From the NCBI GenBank assembly GCA_001662655.1, contig KV460242.1: 64,000 bases of DNA. One strand, 5' to 3'. Both the position numbers and the translations under genes were made by a program. Positions 13,348-25,946 of the stretch are shown in pieces; position 1 is the stretch's first letter; the number at the start of each line of letters is the position of its first letter. Below the pieces are notes generated by a model. The model searched no databases and was not told the origin of the DNA. It worked only from the letters and a program-made list of their open reading frames with translations. The stretch comes from Pseudogymnoascus verrucosus (Eukaryota).

Positions 13348-14330
13348 ATGCCATCGAGCGCTCCCGCTGTCGCTACAGTGACCCAGAACGACGCGCCCAA
13401 GCTGGCCAACGGCAATGGGGATACCAGCATTAGGCCGCTGTGCGCGCAGCTTGCGTCTAGACTAAATGCTTTCCTGGCTGCCGAGCCTGAGTCCGAGATG
13501 CTGCGTGGGGTGCAGGAGCAGACGAGGACGGCGCTGGGGGTGATCACCACAGCGCTCGAGAAATACACGTAAGCCTTCATTCTCCCATCTGTCCAATTGC
13601 CGAACACAGGAGGGCAAAGCAATGGAAACCGGAGATATTGTACAATGGCCACAGAACACCACTGACGAGAACACTCCACAGATTGGAGGAAATATCTATA
13701 TCCTACAACGGCGGCAAAGACTGTCTCGTCCTCCTCATCCTCTTCCTCTGCGCCCTGGCGACTCACCCCGCCCCGCTTCCCGCCCGCCTACAAAGCGTCT
13801 ACATTATCTCCCCCCACCCTTTCCAGGAGGTGGATGACTTCGTCGACGAGTCAGAGGCCGATTACTCCCTGGGGCTCGCACGGTATGCGATGGATATGAA
13901 GGCGGCGTTTGCGAAGTACCTGGAGGACGAGCCGAGGGTGAAGGCGATTTTTGTCGGAACAAGGAGGACAGATCCGCATGGAATGCTGTTGACGCATTTT
14001 GATCCCACAGATCAGGGCTGGCCGGCGTTTATGCGGGTGCACCCGGTGATTGATTGGCACTATGCCGAGATTTGGGGGGTGAGTTTCTCTTTTTTCTCGA
14101 TTTCTTGGGTTGCGGTCTTAGGCTAATGCTGCAAATAGTTTATTCGAGCGATGGAAGTGCCATATTGCCGGTTATACGACCAGGGCTATACCTCGTTGGG
14201 GGGGACTACAGATACGCACCCCAATCCGGCATTGAAGGCAGATAAGGGAGATGGGACAAAGGACGATAAGTTTAGACCCGCGTATGAGCTGGTAGAAGAC
14301 AAGGCGGAGAGATTAGGTAGGGAAAAATGA
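13348..14330 (+). CDS. FAD1: FAD synthetase (PAPS reductase family), introns 13569..13681 and 14079..14138
   Basis: SYNGGKDCLVLL, GTRRTDPHG, MRVHPVIDW, YCRLYDQGYTSLGG, HPNPAL and ERLGR motifs. Start codon tentative. Confidence 0.9.
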
Positions 14331-14606
14331 GGGGTGGCGGGGAGGGAGGGTGACTCATGAGATGCATAGAATAGCGACGCCGTTTTGTATATATTTTTCG
14401 CGAAGCGATCACCATAGAAGCATTTTTAGTCCCTAGAGCTATGAAAATTGGGTATATTGCTCGACTCGCTGTTCTGTATATCCAGTCATTAATAATTGTC
14501 CCCTCCATGGTATAGTATCCCTTTTCCCTCGCATGTATAATTCCCACCGCGCCAAAACGCCGTAACCAAAAAGCCAACCTATAACTCATAAGTTTATCTC
14601 GGGATA

Positions 14607-15552
14607 TCATGAATCCTTTGTCGAATTCGTAGCCAGGAACAGGATGCACACGGCTACTATACTTGCTGCCACCAATCCAAATGTCTAATCCTCCGTCAGC
14701 GCCAACTCGATATCCTCCGGGGTATTTAGGACTGACAGTCTGTGTTTTCCAACCTGATTGCACCAGCGCCACTCGCTTGCTATATAGCGTCATCGTCTTG
14801 ACGTAATTTCCAAACCCGAGCACGAGGCATAATAGCCCGAGGCACCAGAAGACGATGCCGAGGGGTAGGGCCATGCGTAGTTCGAAGTCGGAAGGTTCGT
14901 CTTTGAGGTGGAAGGAGAGGATGATGGCTATGGAGACTACCGACATATAGACCGAGAGGCGGAGGTAGGAGAGAAAAGCTGCAAGTGGGAAATGTTAGCT
15001 GTGTTATAGTATGGAAGGTGGGGAAGGAAGGAGCAATGCGGAATAAGTGCAATCTGCGGAGGAAGGCACGATGGTGAATATAGTAAGTCTGCGGAAGGAA
15101 GGCACGACTCGGAAAGGCAGGAATTTGCTAAGGAAGGCGCGGCCGAGCAACTGGAGGGTCTCCAGAAGGAAGGCACGACTCGAAACGAAGAGAACCCTCG
15201 AAGGAAGGCACGACGGAGGGGAAGGAGCGGCAGAGGAGGACGTGAAGCCGCACAAAGGAGGAGCGACGGGGGAGGAAAGGAAGCTGCGTACTCCTCTCAT
15301 TTGCACAGTGGTCGCGAGCATCACTGCTGTCATTCTCGAAAATCAACGGAGTCCACCACGGCGCATGGGCAAAGGCGGAGCCCCTGCGGTATCTGTATCA
15401 TGCACCATCAGCCTCAGGTCTCGGAAAATTCGAGGCAAGGAGCCGCTTTGGACGTACGGATCGGCGTTGCAATTCCTCGAGCGAAACGGGAGATACCACG
15501 GTCGATACGCGCCAATCCTGTGCGCGTCTTCCGGGTCTGCCACTAGGGACAT
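14607..15552 (-). CDS. DUF202 (YidH-like) small membrane protein, multi-exon
   Basis: ENDSSDARDHCANER spliced to FLSYLRLSVYMSVV across a ~310-bp intron; TM segments; ALVQSGWKTQ. Confidence 0.8.
15057..15216. repeat. Intronic cluster of GGAAGGCACGA(C/T) repeats
   Basis: Copies at about 15061, 15097, 15168 and 15204, plus related GGAAGG runs, all inside the long DUF202 intron. Confidence 0.7.
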
Positions 15553-16348
15553 GTTTCAGTCGCAAGGCGGGTAGTACATATATATATAGAAAGAGAGATC
15601 GTGGCTTTCGTCGCTTCAAAGTTGCTTTTTCTTGGTGGTTGTCGCTTCAGTGGCTGAAGAAGGGACGAGCTTTTGATCATCGGTCATCGGTAACCTTTTA
15701 GTGAGACAAAGGGCGGCGCGGCGGTGGTTTCTCCGAGCGGGGTCGTGGGATTGTGGGATTTAGTGGATTTATAGGATGAAAGAGATGGGGCGATTGAGTG
15801 ATAGCGCCACAATAGTATGTGCTACTCATGTGCTTGTATTGTAGTATGGCGTAGATAGTGAGCATCTGGTCGCCTTCGGTATCGGCTCGCCCTACCCCAT
15901 TGGAGATTACCCCACAGCTAAGACCATGACTTACCGCAATGAAAAACAAGGGTCTCTCATGAAGGGCGAAGGGTAATCTAGTGGGGTGTCTCAACGGCGT
16001 ACAACGGTCGGTGACTGTTGCCACCTACACTTTTTTCCTTCCCCTTCTCCCATACTATGCTACGTTGCTTTATATTTGCGGAACATTGGCACATAGTTGA
16101 ATCTGCTTTGCCTGCTAGACATTTTCTTAAATATACAATTCATACGTCCTAATTGGCAGGGTATTGTTATATAGCCTCGGGATCTCGTTGTGCAGATCTT
16201 TCCAAGCTTCCTGACAGCTCCACCAAGCTACGAGAGCGAAATAATTTGGCTACAGTCATATATCAGCATTAGCAGCTGCATTCAACTCCCTTTAACCTTA
16301 ATTTACATTCTTGCTCGGATATAAGTACATAACGAAATCAATTCGGCA

Positions 16349-18457
16349 ATGAGGTAAGTATCGTGCCATATCTGGCTAAGAACGTCTCAGGGGTGCCGAG
16401 TACTGACCAAGACGACAGTAGAAACACGGGGAGCTCATCACGGCCCATTGCTGGTACATCAAGCCAACGCAGTGGTTCTGCTGGCCACTCGCACTTTGGC
16501 AGCTCGTTTCGATCAGGTTCGCCACTGGCACAGGAGTCAATCGCTCGAGATATCGCGGAGAGCTCCGGCGGTGACGATGCCGCCAGCATAGACTCGTGCG
16601 GGGATGGCGAGGGCTCCGACAACGAGTCCGAGGCCTCCACACTTCGCCCAACTCACCAGATGTCAGGCTCCTATAGGCGGCCTAGCTTCGTTGCTTTTGG
16701 AGGAGGAAACAGGCCCGCTATAGCCCCACAGCATCCGGAAATCGATCATCTCAGCAAGAGAGAAATTGCGCAGGCAAGGAAGGAAGAAGAGAGCCTGCTG
16801 CGAGACAATCATCTCGCGCCTCCAAAGCACCCACGGTCAAAGGATGAAGCGTTACCATCTAGGATATATCGTAGCATATTCAGTACGAAAGTACCAAGAG
16901 CCAGAGGTGACGACGAGGCCCCTGAGGCACTCGCTCCCGGCTTCACAGCCCAGCCAAGTGAAACCTCTCCTTTGCTCTCACATGGTGCGCCCGAGTCGGC
17001 TAGGGATATCCACGAGAGGTTGAATAGGCTATGGGAGGATGCAGTTCGCGAAGGAAAGATTGAGACGACATGGCAGCGAGAAGCAAAGACGCTGGCGCAA
17101 TATTCGGCCCCTCTGATTATTACATTCCTCTTGCAGTACTCCCTGACGGTGGCGAGTATCTTTACTGTTGGACACATTGGGAAGATCGAGTTGGGAGCTG
17201 GTAAGATATGGCATGAAATCTTAAGTGAAATACGCTGACTTGTTGCTAGTCTCTCTGGCTTCCATGTCGGCAAATATCACTGGTTATGCCATTTTTCAGG
17301 GACTGGCAACCAGTTTGGATACGCTATGTGCCCAGGCATACGGTTCTGGGCGCAAGCACCTAGTCGGTCTTCAATGCCAACGAATGGTACTATTTCTATG
17401 GTCTCTCTCCATTCCAATTGGGATTTTTTGGCTTTTTTCAAACCGAATTCTTGAAGCCATAGTCCCGGAGAAGGAATCAGCAGACCTAGCTGGCCTATAC
17501 CTCCGCGTCCTAATTTTTGGGCTCCCAGGGTATGCGCTCTTCGAGAGCGGCAAGCGTTTCGTCCAGGCGCAAGGTCTTTTCAGCGCGACGACATATGTCC
17601 TCCTTATCGCAGCGCCATTGAACGCCTTTATGAACTGGCTCTTCGTCTGGCGCTTCGAATGGGGCTACATTGGCGCCCCAATCGCCGTTGTAGTGACCCA
17701 TAATTTGCTGCCCATCCTCCTTTTTCTCTACGTGTACTTCATCGACGGCCACCAATGTTGGAATGGCTTCAACCACCGCGCCCTTAGCAACTGGGGCCCA
17801 ATGGTGAAGCTCGCTCTGCCAGGTCTCGTTATGGTCGAAGCCGAATTCCTTGCTTTCGAGGCCCTCGTCCTGGCATCCAGCTACTTCGGCACCACGCATC
17901 TCGCTGCGCAATCGGTCCTCGGAACCGTCAGCGCAATCACCTTCCAGATCCCGTTCCCCCTATCAATCGCCGCCTCGACGCGTGTTGCGAACCTCATCGG
18001 CGCCACATTGTCGAGCGCTGCACGCACCTCAGCCAAGGTGGCCATCTACGGCGCCGTCCTCGTCGGCCTCTTCAACGTCATCTTGCTCTCGACTCTGCGC
18101 CACCACATTCCCCAGCTCTTCACCGACGACCCGGAGGTTATCGAGCTCGTCGCGCGTGTCCTACCTATCTGCGCGGCGTTCCAGCTCTTTGATGCGCTTG
18201 CCGCTCTGTCGAATGGGCTCTTGCGTGGCCTGGGGAGGCAGGAGATAGGCGGCTATATCAACTTATTCTGTTACTACGTTATCGCGCTCCCGATTTCGTT
18301 CGGGACGGGGTTTGGCCTTGATTGGAAGTTGGAGGGGCTGTGGGGCGGTGTTGCGGTGGGGCTGGGGTTGGTGGCAGCGGGTGAGGGGTTCTTCCTCGCT
18401 ACGACGGATTGGGATCGGGCGGTTGAGGCTGCGGCGCATAGGAATGCGCATGCGTGA
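16349..18457 (+). CDS. MATE family efflux transporter (Erc1-like), 5-nt first coding exon, introns 16354..16418/16421 and 17201..17249
   Basis: GLATSLDTLCAQAYGSG, KRFVQAQG, AASTRVANLIG and LRGLGRQ MATE motifs. ATGAG|GTAAGT micro-exon. Confidence 0.92.
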
Positions 18458-19430
18458 GTGACGGCGGGCTGAAAAGTGTTGAGAAAGGAAGGGGGCATTC
18501 AGTTGCGAGGTACTCATGTCGGCGTTGACGTTTGTTACGAATAATATATGGGCTTGTACCAAACTACAGCGCAAGGAGAGTATGCGACGGTTACTTTATA
18601 AGAACTCAAATCTGCAACGTGCTTGGCCGGACACAGTGAGACCGTACCTTTTATTGAGAGTATACTCTCATTTCCCTTACTGTAGTTGCTAACGCAAGTA
18701 GAATTTTGGGTCAGGAATCAAGTTGGTACTGTGGCGACCGGGCGGGGCGTTTTCTGAAGATGGATTGTTTCGCCAAGGATTGCCACTGGCATTGAGATGA
18801 TACAACCACCCCTCATTTGAGTTCGAGATTAAAGCACCTTGCCTTCGCAACACCCAGAATATGATAATATGCAGCTATACAATTCCAAGAGACTGAAAGC
18901 CTCGATAGTATTCACAGTCGCTATGAACGCTCACAGCGACACTGAGTCTTATGGGCAACCCCTAGGCTCTGTCAACAACTCTGATCCCATGCCCCCCACA
19001 AGAGTATCTTCTAGTCATTTTATGGTGTCGAGCATAAAAACGGCATCATTCACAAAAAGCGTAACTGTCTCAATTCACCCATGTTCACCTCAAATGATAC
19101 GATGGGAGTCCTTTCTTGGACCCTGCTAGCCGCACATCAAAATTCATAACTACGGGAATAGTAGCGCAGCCCCTCACGACCGGTCTGACAGACTTACGGG
19201 CGAACTGGGCATTCTGCGAGATCTCGCAGATTCTAAGGCTGGCAGAACATCGCAGTATCCCACTATCGCGGGATACAGCGAGATGTTTTTCTCTAAGACG
19301 TGTAGTTTGGACCCTTCATTATACAACAACTATCCAGATCATCACTTTCAACTACTAAGGCTATCTAATTATCAACTCTCATCCCTCATTGCGGAGGAGC
19401 GCGCTCCTGCAACTCGCCAACACCAACACC

Positions 19431-22057
19431 ATGGCTGACGTTCTTCCATCAAGCCGGAGGAACAATGTTGGACAACTGGTAAGTGGATACCGCAATGGAT
19501 TTAATTGAGAAGCTGACAGAGATTCGTAAAGAAACTATCTACGGCGCGGGCCGCCGTGGCCGCACCACCATCACCGAACAGGGCGAAGTTGAAAACGACA
19601 GCCCGAAAAGCTTTGTCGAGCCTAAAAGCATCCACAAATCGAGCGAAACGGTTATATTTCGAGGATATACCACATCGAATTAAATGTTACATAGTTTCAG
19701 CAAAGGACGACACCGACGTCGGCCGCTCTCATCGGCCTCACCGACAACACTCCATCAATCATGGGCCCAACAACGGTTTACGGTATGACAAACCTATCAG
19801 CATCAGAGGTGCATCGACTGGCCACTATTCCTTTTGCGCTTTGCAGGACTCCAAGTCATCCGTGCCAGAATCTCCATTTACACGATCGGCTACTCCTCCA
19901 CAGCCCGCATTAAAGGTATTACGCCTCGGCCACCTCTCAGTCATCAAGACCAAAGAACCTACTCTGGGTCATCTCCTCGCAAGTAAGTATTTCAAGGACT
20001 TATCGACCTTCGTAACGGAGATTCTACGCGGAACCGCAATCGGAAACATCACAGTGCGTCGTCCTGAGAAGAAAGGGTGGAGCCTCTCGCACGAATCGGC
20101 GATTCCAATTCCACTCAACGACGTGCTACTCCGGTCACTAATTCCAACGAATAGTCGAACTATATGTGGCAAAACAGATGGACCAGTCTTGGAGGGTCTC
20201 ATTGCCATTGAGGATATAGATATGACTCCATTACGGCTTTGGGACGATGCCGATTCTCAAGTAGCTGTGGATGTGGATGGCAAGGACGTTTCTTCAAAGT
20301 GTCCTGCCTCCGAAGAGATCCTCGTCCCCAAGGTTCCAAGCTTTAAGCTTCTGGAGTCCATACCGGAATGCCCTGACGAGACTCACGAACAGTGTGGAAG
20401 TTCAACAACTACGCCACCTCTCTCAGACACACCGGAAGGCGAACCCAGCCGGGACACTGGGAGTGGAAGCTTCAACGCCACCGGAAATGGCGGTGCAACA
20501 CCCTTTGAAGGCCAATCTTCTTCACCTAGCAGAGGCACAGACACAGAGAACAAAGATCAAAACGTGTTGGCCATAGATTCTCACGAAGTTTTACCTGCAG
20601 AGGGTTTTCATCATCTTCCCTTGCTCTGTATTCATGCGGCAGCGAGATATCCGTGTTGTAATGGGAAGGGGCATTGGGCACCCGAGTTCCGGCGTTTGTG
20701 GAGGTATGTCTTCGAATCGCATAATATAATATATGCTGACAACTAACTAGCGACCACTACCTGAATCACCATATACTCTATGAGGAATGCCAGCGCTGCA
20801 AGCGCTTATTTGAGGATGAGTGCTCTTGGACGAAGCATGAAGAGCTGCTTCAATCGCTCACTCCTTGTGAGAAGCTAAGCCATCGTGATCTTCAAGCTCA
20901 AAATGATAAACCAAATCGGAAAGGGATAACTAAAGCTCGGAAGAAAAAAGTCGAGGAAGCTATAGAGCAATATGCGAAGCATGGAATTGCATCTAGCGTA
21001 TGCAATAAAGACGAACACGACAAGTGGGTTGATGCTAATCTCAAGCTCTACATCAACCAGTCTAGCACTACAGTAGCAGCAGCGCGACTTGAACTGGGGA
21101 AGTGGCTAGTCGCCTGGTACATCATATTTCCTGACGTCGAAATCCCTAGTAATCCATGTCAGTATACCCTCTAGCTCCATTTATAGCTTTTGCTAACCAT
21201 TATTAGTTACGGTGACTATTTCGCATCAGGAACTTCTTGGTCGCGTTTATGGCGAACTTGTTAACCAAGCAAGGATGGGAAACCTCCCTTATTTCAATGA
21301 ACCGCAGCGCATTCTCCTCGCACAGATTTTCCAGAAGGGGATAGGTCAATGGCAACTTGAACAATTACAGGCAGCACAGACACCAAAGACAACACGTCAA
21401 CCGCCGAATAGTTCAACGGCGAAGCGCCAACTGGCGAAACGTCCAGCAGCGAAGCCTCAATTGGGGAAGCGGAAAGCGATCAAACGCCAAAAGATTGCAG
21501 AACCCGAGCCTACTCAGGCGCAGCTAGAACCTACAATGAGTCCACCAGCGCAACCGCCCTCCTTTGTTGTCTTTGGGCAAGACCCTAGGTTCGGTACCAC
21601 AGCGAGCTCGTCTTACACCCCTAACCCTTGCGATGGTTTCTCTTTCGGTAGCTCCACCCCGACCGATCCTACCTCTTACAACGATAACGGCGCCCCTTAT
21701 GATGATAATGACCCGTTGGTAACTGTAGCGAAGTTATCAGAAAACGGGGGTCAGTCTAAACAGGGAGAAGGGCTAGGACCTAGTTCCATGGATTTGAGCT
21801 TTTTTGGGGCTCAGCATAATCCCCAGATTTCCCCTCAAAACGCCTTGACGGGTCCATACTTCGCAGGAAGCAGAGATCCGGCGACATTAGGGGCAACATT
21901 AGGGGCAACATTAGAGGCAACATTAGAGGCAACATTAGAGGCATCATTAGAGGCAACATTTGAGGCGGCATTTGAGGCGGCATTTGAAGCGACGTTGGAG
22001 GCGCCATTTGAGGTGAAATTTAGAGATTGGGTTGACGAAGACTCCAGATTCAAGTAG
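19431..22057 (+). CDS. Uncharacterised fungal protein with C2H2-like zinc-finger segment, about 4 exons
   Basis: ORFs linked by GT-AG introns (GTAAGT 19479, GTATGT 20704, GTCAGT 21158). HYLNHH..ECQRCKRLF...H and WLVAWYIIFPDVEIPSNP motifs. Confidence 0.6.
21881..22012 (+). repeat. Coding 12-bp tandem repeat x11 (GCAACATTAGAG consensus; A-T-L/F-E)
   Basis: Read directly: ATLG ATLG ATLE ATLE ATLE ASLE ATFE AAFE AAFE ATLE APFE. Confidence 0.93.
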
Positions 22058-22254
22058 CCTAGTTCATTTCATGTTAACGGACGTGGGAGTTTCGTGTATA
22101 TAAATTGCAATTTTGTTTTTGATTCAGGTGCTAATGTTCTTTCTTGAATATAGACGCTTATATAATGGAGTTTCTGAAGCATAAATTACGGTCTAATTAA
22201 ATAATCCATCATTCTAAATTCTAACTGATGCGGAGTACTACTCAAGTCCTGTTC

Positions 22255-24063
22255 TCAATTACATCCCCAGCCCCAATCCGTTCGTTTCAAGCTGACCCTG
22301 AACGCTTCTGGTCTGACCTCTTCAACATTCCCATCCGATCCAATCTTGAATACAAAAAGCGATATCCCAATGCCACCATATGTGGGACTATCGAGGAGAA
22401 TCCAGTCCGCGGCGAGATAGCTCATCGATGTGAACAACCCCTTGGGTGCCTCTGCGCTTGGTGGGATCGGCGCATCAAGAGATGCGACTAATCTGAACGC
22501 CTCAGTTCCCGACTCCGAGTCTGAAATGGATGGTACGAGCCGGTATGGGCCCGGTCCAAGTCTTGCTGGCAGCGCGGCAAGAACGTCGGTGCCGTTGCTG
22601 GTCCAAGACGATATCACTATACCCGGCGCAGCGCCCACAGTATGGTTGACCGACAAGGTAAGTGACGACTCTAGCCCTGGTATGGTTGAATTGTACACGC
22701 CTGCGAACTTCTTCTCCGCTTCTTTAGCAGCCTGGGCAGCCAAAGCGGGTACGATAGAGTCAGTGATGACTTCCGCGATCTGCGCCACGACACTGAATCG
22801 CAGCGATGATATACTGCCTGACAAAATCGAGAAACCCGCATTGTAATCTGGTAAGAGGACGATAAAACCGCTGTATGCGCCCGAGTCGCCCAGCTTGGTG
22901 TAAATATCCGTGATAACACCCGATGCGTGCGTGTAGCGCAAGATCTCCCACGGGCGGCCGATTGAGTACTCGAAGTGCGCGGTGTGCGAGACGGGCTTAA
23001 GCCACTTGCGCGTCTCGTCATCGGGAAGAAGAGTGGAGTTGAGGATGCCGACGCCAAACTTGGCCATATCGTTGGTGGTAGAGAGGAGGCCACCCGACGA
23101 GGTTAGGATGCCGGCATTGATGTCGAAGGCTGTGAGGTCGGGGATGACAGAGTGGTGCCACTCGGATTTGGGTGGCACCGTGGCGTTGGATGATTTCATG
23201 CCGAGGGGCTCGAAGATGCTCTCGCGGTACACATCTGCCAGGGGTTTGCCGGTGATGTTTGCGATTGCGACGCCGAGCAGCACAAAGCCGGTGTTTGCAT
23301 ATGCCGGGCTTGTCCATGGAAGGAGCGTCGGGGGTCGGTTCTGGATGCTCTCGATGGACGGTATTTCGTTACAGGCACTGTCGGTGCTATTATAATTCTC
23401 GGGAAGTGCGCATGGCGGGAGACTCAGGGGGTCGTTTGGATTTAGAGGTGGTAGGCCCATGGCCGTTATTTTTGCAGGGTCTATAATTTCTCCAACTAGA
23501 AATGGGTCGCGAGGAACCCCCGCAATCTGAGCCGCAAGAGCACTGAGAGTGACTTTACCCCATTCAGTGATATGAGTAGGATCATCTTCTCCGGGTGTAT
23601 TTTGAGTATAATTGGCAAGTGTAGGAACAAAGTCGGTGATAGGACGCTCCCAGTGAGTGCTGTTCAGTTCCAGCAAACCTGCAAGGACAGTGAAGGCCTT
23701 TGTAACGCTGGCCATGCGGTAGATGGTATCTCCATCTACCTTGTTTGTACCGTTTGGCGCATTCGCAATCTCAGGAGAGGTGTAGTGGAACTGCATTTTG
23801 CTGGCAGCAGGGTCATTCACCGAAAACATGCCGACTGAGAAGGTGATATTCTTCATTGCAGCTATGGCAACCGGGACTCCGTCTTCGTTGCCATCACTGA
23901 GGTATTTATGGAGGGTTGCCGTAGCATTCCTCCATGCTACAGCGACAAGGCTTTTGTTGCTGGCTATGTCCACGGGGGGTTCGTAGCTAGGTACTAGCAA
24001 GTCTGCCAGTACTGATCTCGAACATGTCGGGATGAGAAGTAGGTTATAAAGTGGAAAACGCAT
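22255..24063 (-). CDS. Secreted beta-lactamase-like serine hydrolase (S12/alkaline D-peptidase-like)
   Basis: Signal peptide; SxxK (ASVTK); YxN (YAN); KxG (TKLGD); IFEPLGM; GGLLST. Confidence 0.9.
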   Translation of the reverse strand: MRFPLYNLLLIPTCSRSVLADLLVPSYEPPVDIASNKSLVAVAWRNATATLHKYLSDGNEDGVPVAIAAMKNITFSVGMFSVNDPAASKMQFHYTSPEIANAPNGTNKVDGDTIYRMASVTKAFTVLAGLLELNSTHWERPITDFVPTLANYTQNTPGEDDPTHITEWGKVTLSALAAQIAGVPRDPFLVGEIIDPAKITAMGLPPLNPNDPLSLPPCALPENYNSTDSACNEIPSIESIQNRPPTLLPWTSPAYANTGFVLLGVAIANITGKPLADVYRESIFEPLGMKSSNATVPPKSEWHHSVIPDLTAFDINAGILTSSGGLLSTTNDMAKFGVGILNSTLLPDDETRKWLKPVSHTAHFEYSIGRPWEILRYTHASGVITDIYTKLGDSGAYSGFIVLLPDYNAGFSILSGSISSLRFSVVAQIAEVITDSIVPALAAQAAKEAEKKFAGVYNSTIPGLESSLTLSVNHTVGAAPGIVISSWTSNGTDVLAALPARLGPGPYRLVPSISDSESGTEAFRLVASLDAPIPPSAEAPKGLFTSMSYLAADWILLDSPTYGGIGISLFVFKIGSDGNVEEVRPEAFRVSLKRTDWGWGCN

Positions 24064-24820
24064 GTTGAATCTTCCAAGGCTTTACAGCAAAGGAGTACTG
24101 TAAGCTTTGTTATACTGGATGTGTGCTGGTCCTGGAACTTTGGAGGGCGACATGTTGTTCGTTATATAAATTTTGTCTCTCATCGCCAGTCGCAGATCCA
24201 CGGGGTTCCAATATCGCAACATGACGTATAATAACCCAAGTGGGTTCAATGTGCCGCTGCTGTCAACACGTTGTGGCTTCGTAAGTTTCTCAAACAAGTG
24301 ATGATTTACGCCGAGACCTGGGGCGGCAAGTTGATGGTGAGGCTGAAGCGTCGCACCGTCAGCTTAAAAGTGAAATCCGGAAATGATAGAACAATATCAA
24401 GTTGTTGATGGATGTTACTATTCCCAATTCGGCTCAATGTGCCGCTGGATTCCCAAAAATAAGCAGGGTTGAGCTGCTAACCACGCTAACCCAAGCAGGA
24501 CCGACGTGGCGCGGGGCTTAGCGTTCTCCACCCGATCCCAATGCCGATCCCCATCAGTGCGGAACGCAATCTGGGGTCCAACTTTAAAAATCACTCGTTC
24601 AGTTGCTTCGGTGGCCCCGTAATCAGCCCCGTCAGCAGCGATTCATGTGCCGAAGGGAGGGGTTGTTATGGTCCACAAATTTAAAACGTACTGGCACAGT
24701 TGCTTTGGCAGCCAGTCAGCCGTAATTAGCCATCAGAGGCACAGTATCCGTAGATGTCCTCGCAGCTTTGAGTGACGGGGAATGCAAAATAATATAACAA
24801 TATTTATATTCCTTTCTTTC

Positions 24821-25055
24821 TTACCACAACATAAAAAGACATAGCTTCATAAACTCGCTTTCCTCAAACGGTCTATCTTTGCTTTCAGGTCTCAGTTTAT
24901 CTCTCAGAGAAATAGCGCGAGCTTTACAAGCTTGGCTCTCTGAGAGCATATCTTTCTCGCCATACAAAACACTCAGCTTGTAGTTGGCTCGCGCAAGCTG
25001 CCCTTCGGCCTCGGTTAAGGTCTCTGATATAGCTATAAGCTGTTTGAGGAGCTCG
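24821..25055 (-). pseudogene. C-terminal fragment of a TPR-like protein (possibly NB-ARC/NLR)
   Basis: Translates as ELLKQLIAISETLTEAEGQLARANYKLSVLYGEK...FMKLCLFMLW*. No upstream body is visible. Confidence 0.4.
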
Positions 25056-25251
25056 CTATTTAGCGTTAGCCTCCAGTCTCTGTGTATTCAAACAAGCTGA
25101 GAGAATCTGAAACTTACATAGCTGAGGAAAGGCGCCCTTGTCGGACAAGCATATCTGCGACATCGTATAGAGAATCACATGTTTTGAGTCTGTTTCCTTG
25201 TAATTTCTGACGGAATGTGAGAGCTTTGGATGCAAGCCGCATTGTGTCATC

Positions 25252-25923
25252 GAGACGGCCCTGTCGCCTGCTTATTTTAATGCCTACATCCTATCTTCGA
25301 TTGGCGATGTGGATATTGAATGGGTCGACAGCCTGTCGTGTCATATGGAGTTCGATCCATACTTGAACAAACTCTTTCTCTTTCGATATCCCTCATTTTG
25401 CCTCGCAAATATTCCTTCAGATGATCCTGGACAGTCTGAAAACAGTACTATATATGCGTGTGCTACTTCTCGGGATGTCACTGGGGGACAATAGGCCACA
25501 AAGGCCGACGTTGCCCATATGCTGCAAGAGATAATCCTGTCATATCGCCTACTGTTCGGGCAAAGTAAAGCAAGCCGTCAACTGTTCCAGACTCTCACAC
25601 CATTTGAGAATATTCCAGAGAATGGAAAAGATACATTTCTTGAACAGCTTTGTTGTCGGAAACAATACCAATCTAATCCCAACGGTCCTAAGCAAGAGCG
25701 AGAGACATACGATCTATCCCATGATTTTCCCATTCTTCGGAGTCGATTATTGCCGCTACTACGACACCTTGCGTCGAAGAAGCCACGCACCTGGAAGCAA
25801 TTATGGGAGGATAAGCGCGACTCTGCTTCGTGGCTCACATTCTGGGCTGTGATAATAATTGGTGGGATGGGCCTTATTTTGCTTCAGACTGTACTCCAAA
25901 TCGTACAGGTTATTCAGCATTAA
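25252..25923 (+). pseudogene. 3' fragment of a conserved fungal hypothetical membrane-anchored protein with a premature stop
   Basis: IEWVDSLSCHMEFD, SYRLLFGQ, DFPILRSRL and LWEDKRD...TFWAV motifs. In-frame TAG at 25492-25494. No 5' part. Confidence 0.65.
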
Positions 25924-25946
25924 TGCCTCGAGGTCTTGGTAGAGCA

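Noticed and set aside
15057..15216. CRISPR-like repeat-spacer array
   Set aside because: Repeats are only 11 bp with irregular spacing, inside a eukaryotic intron, and no cas genes are present.
21881..21910. TTAGGG hexamers as interstitial telomere
   Set aside because: They are part of a 12-bp coding repeat, not tandem TTAGGG.
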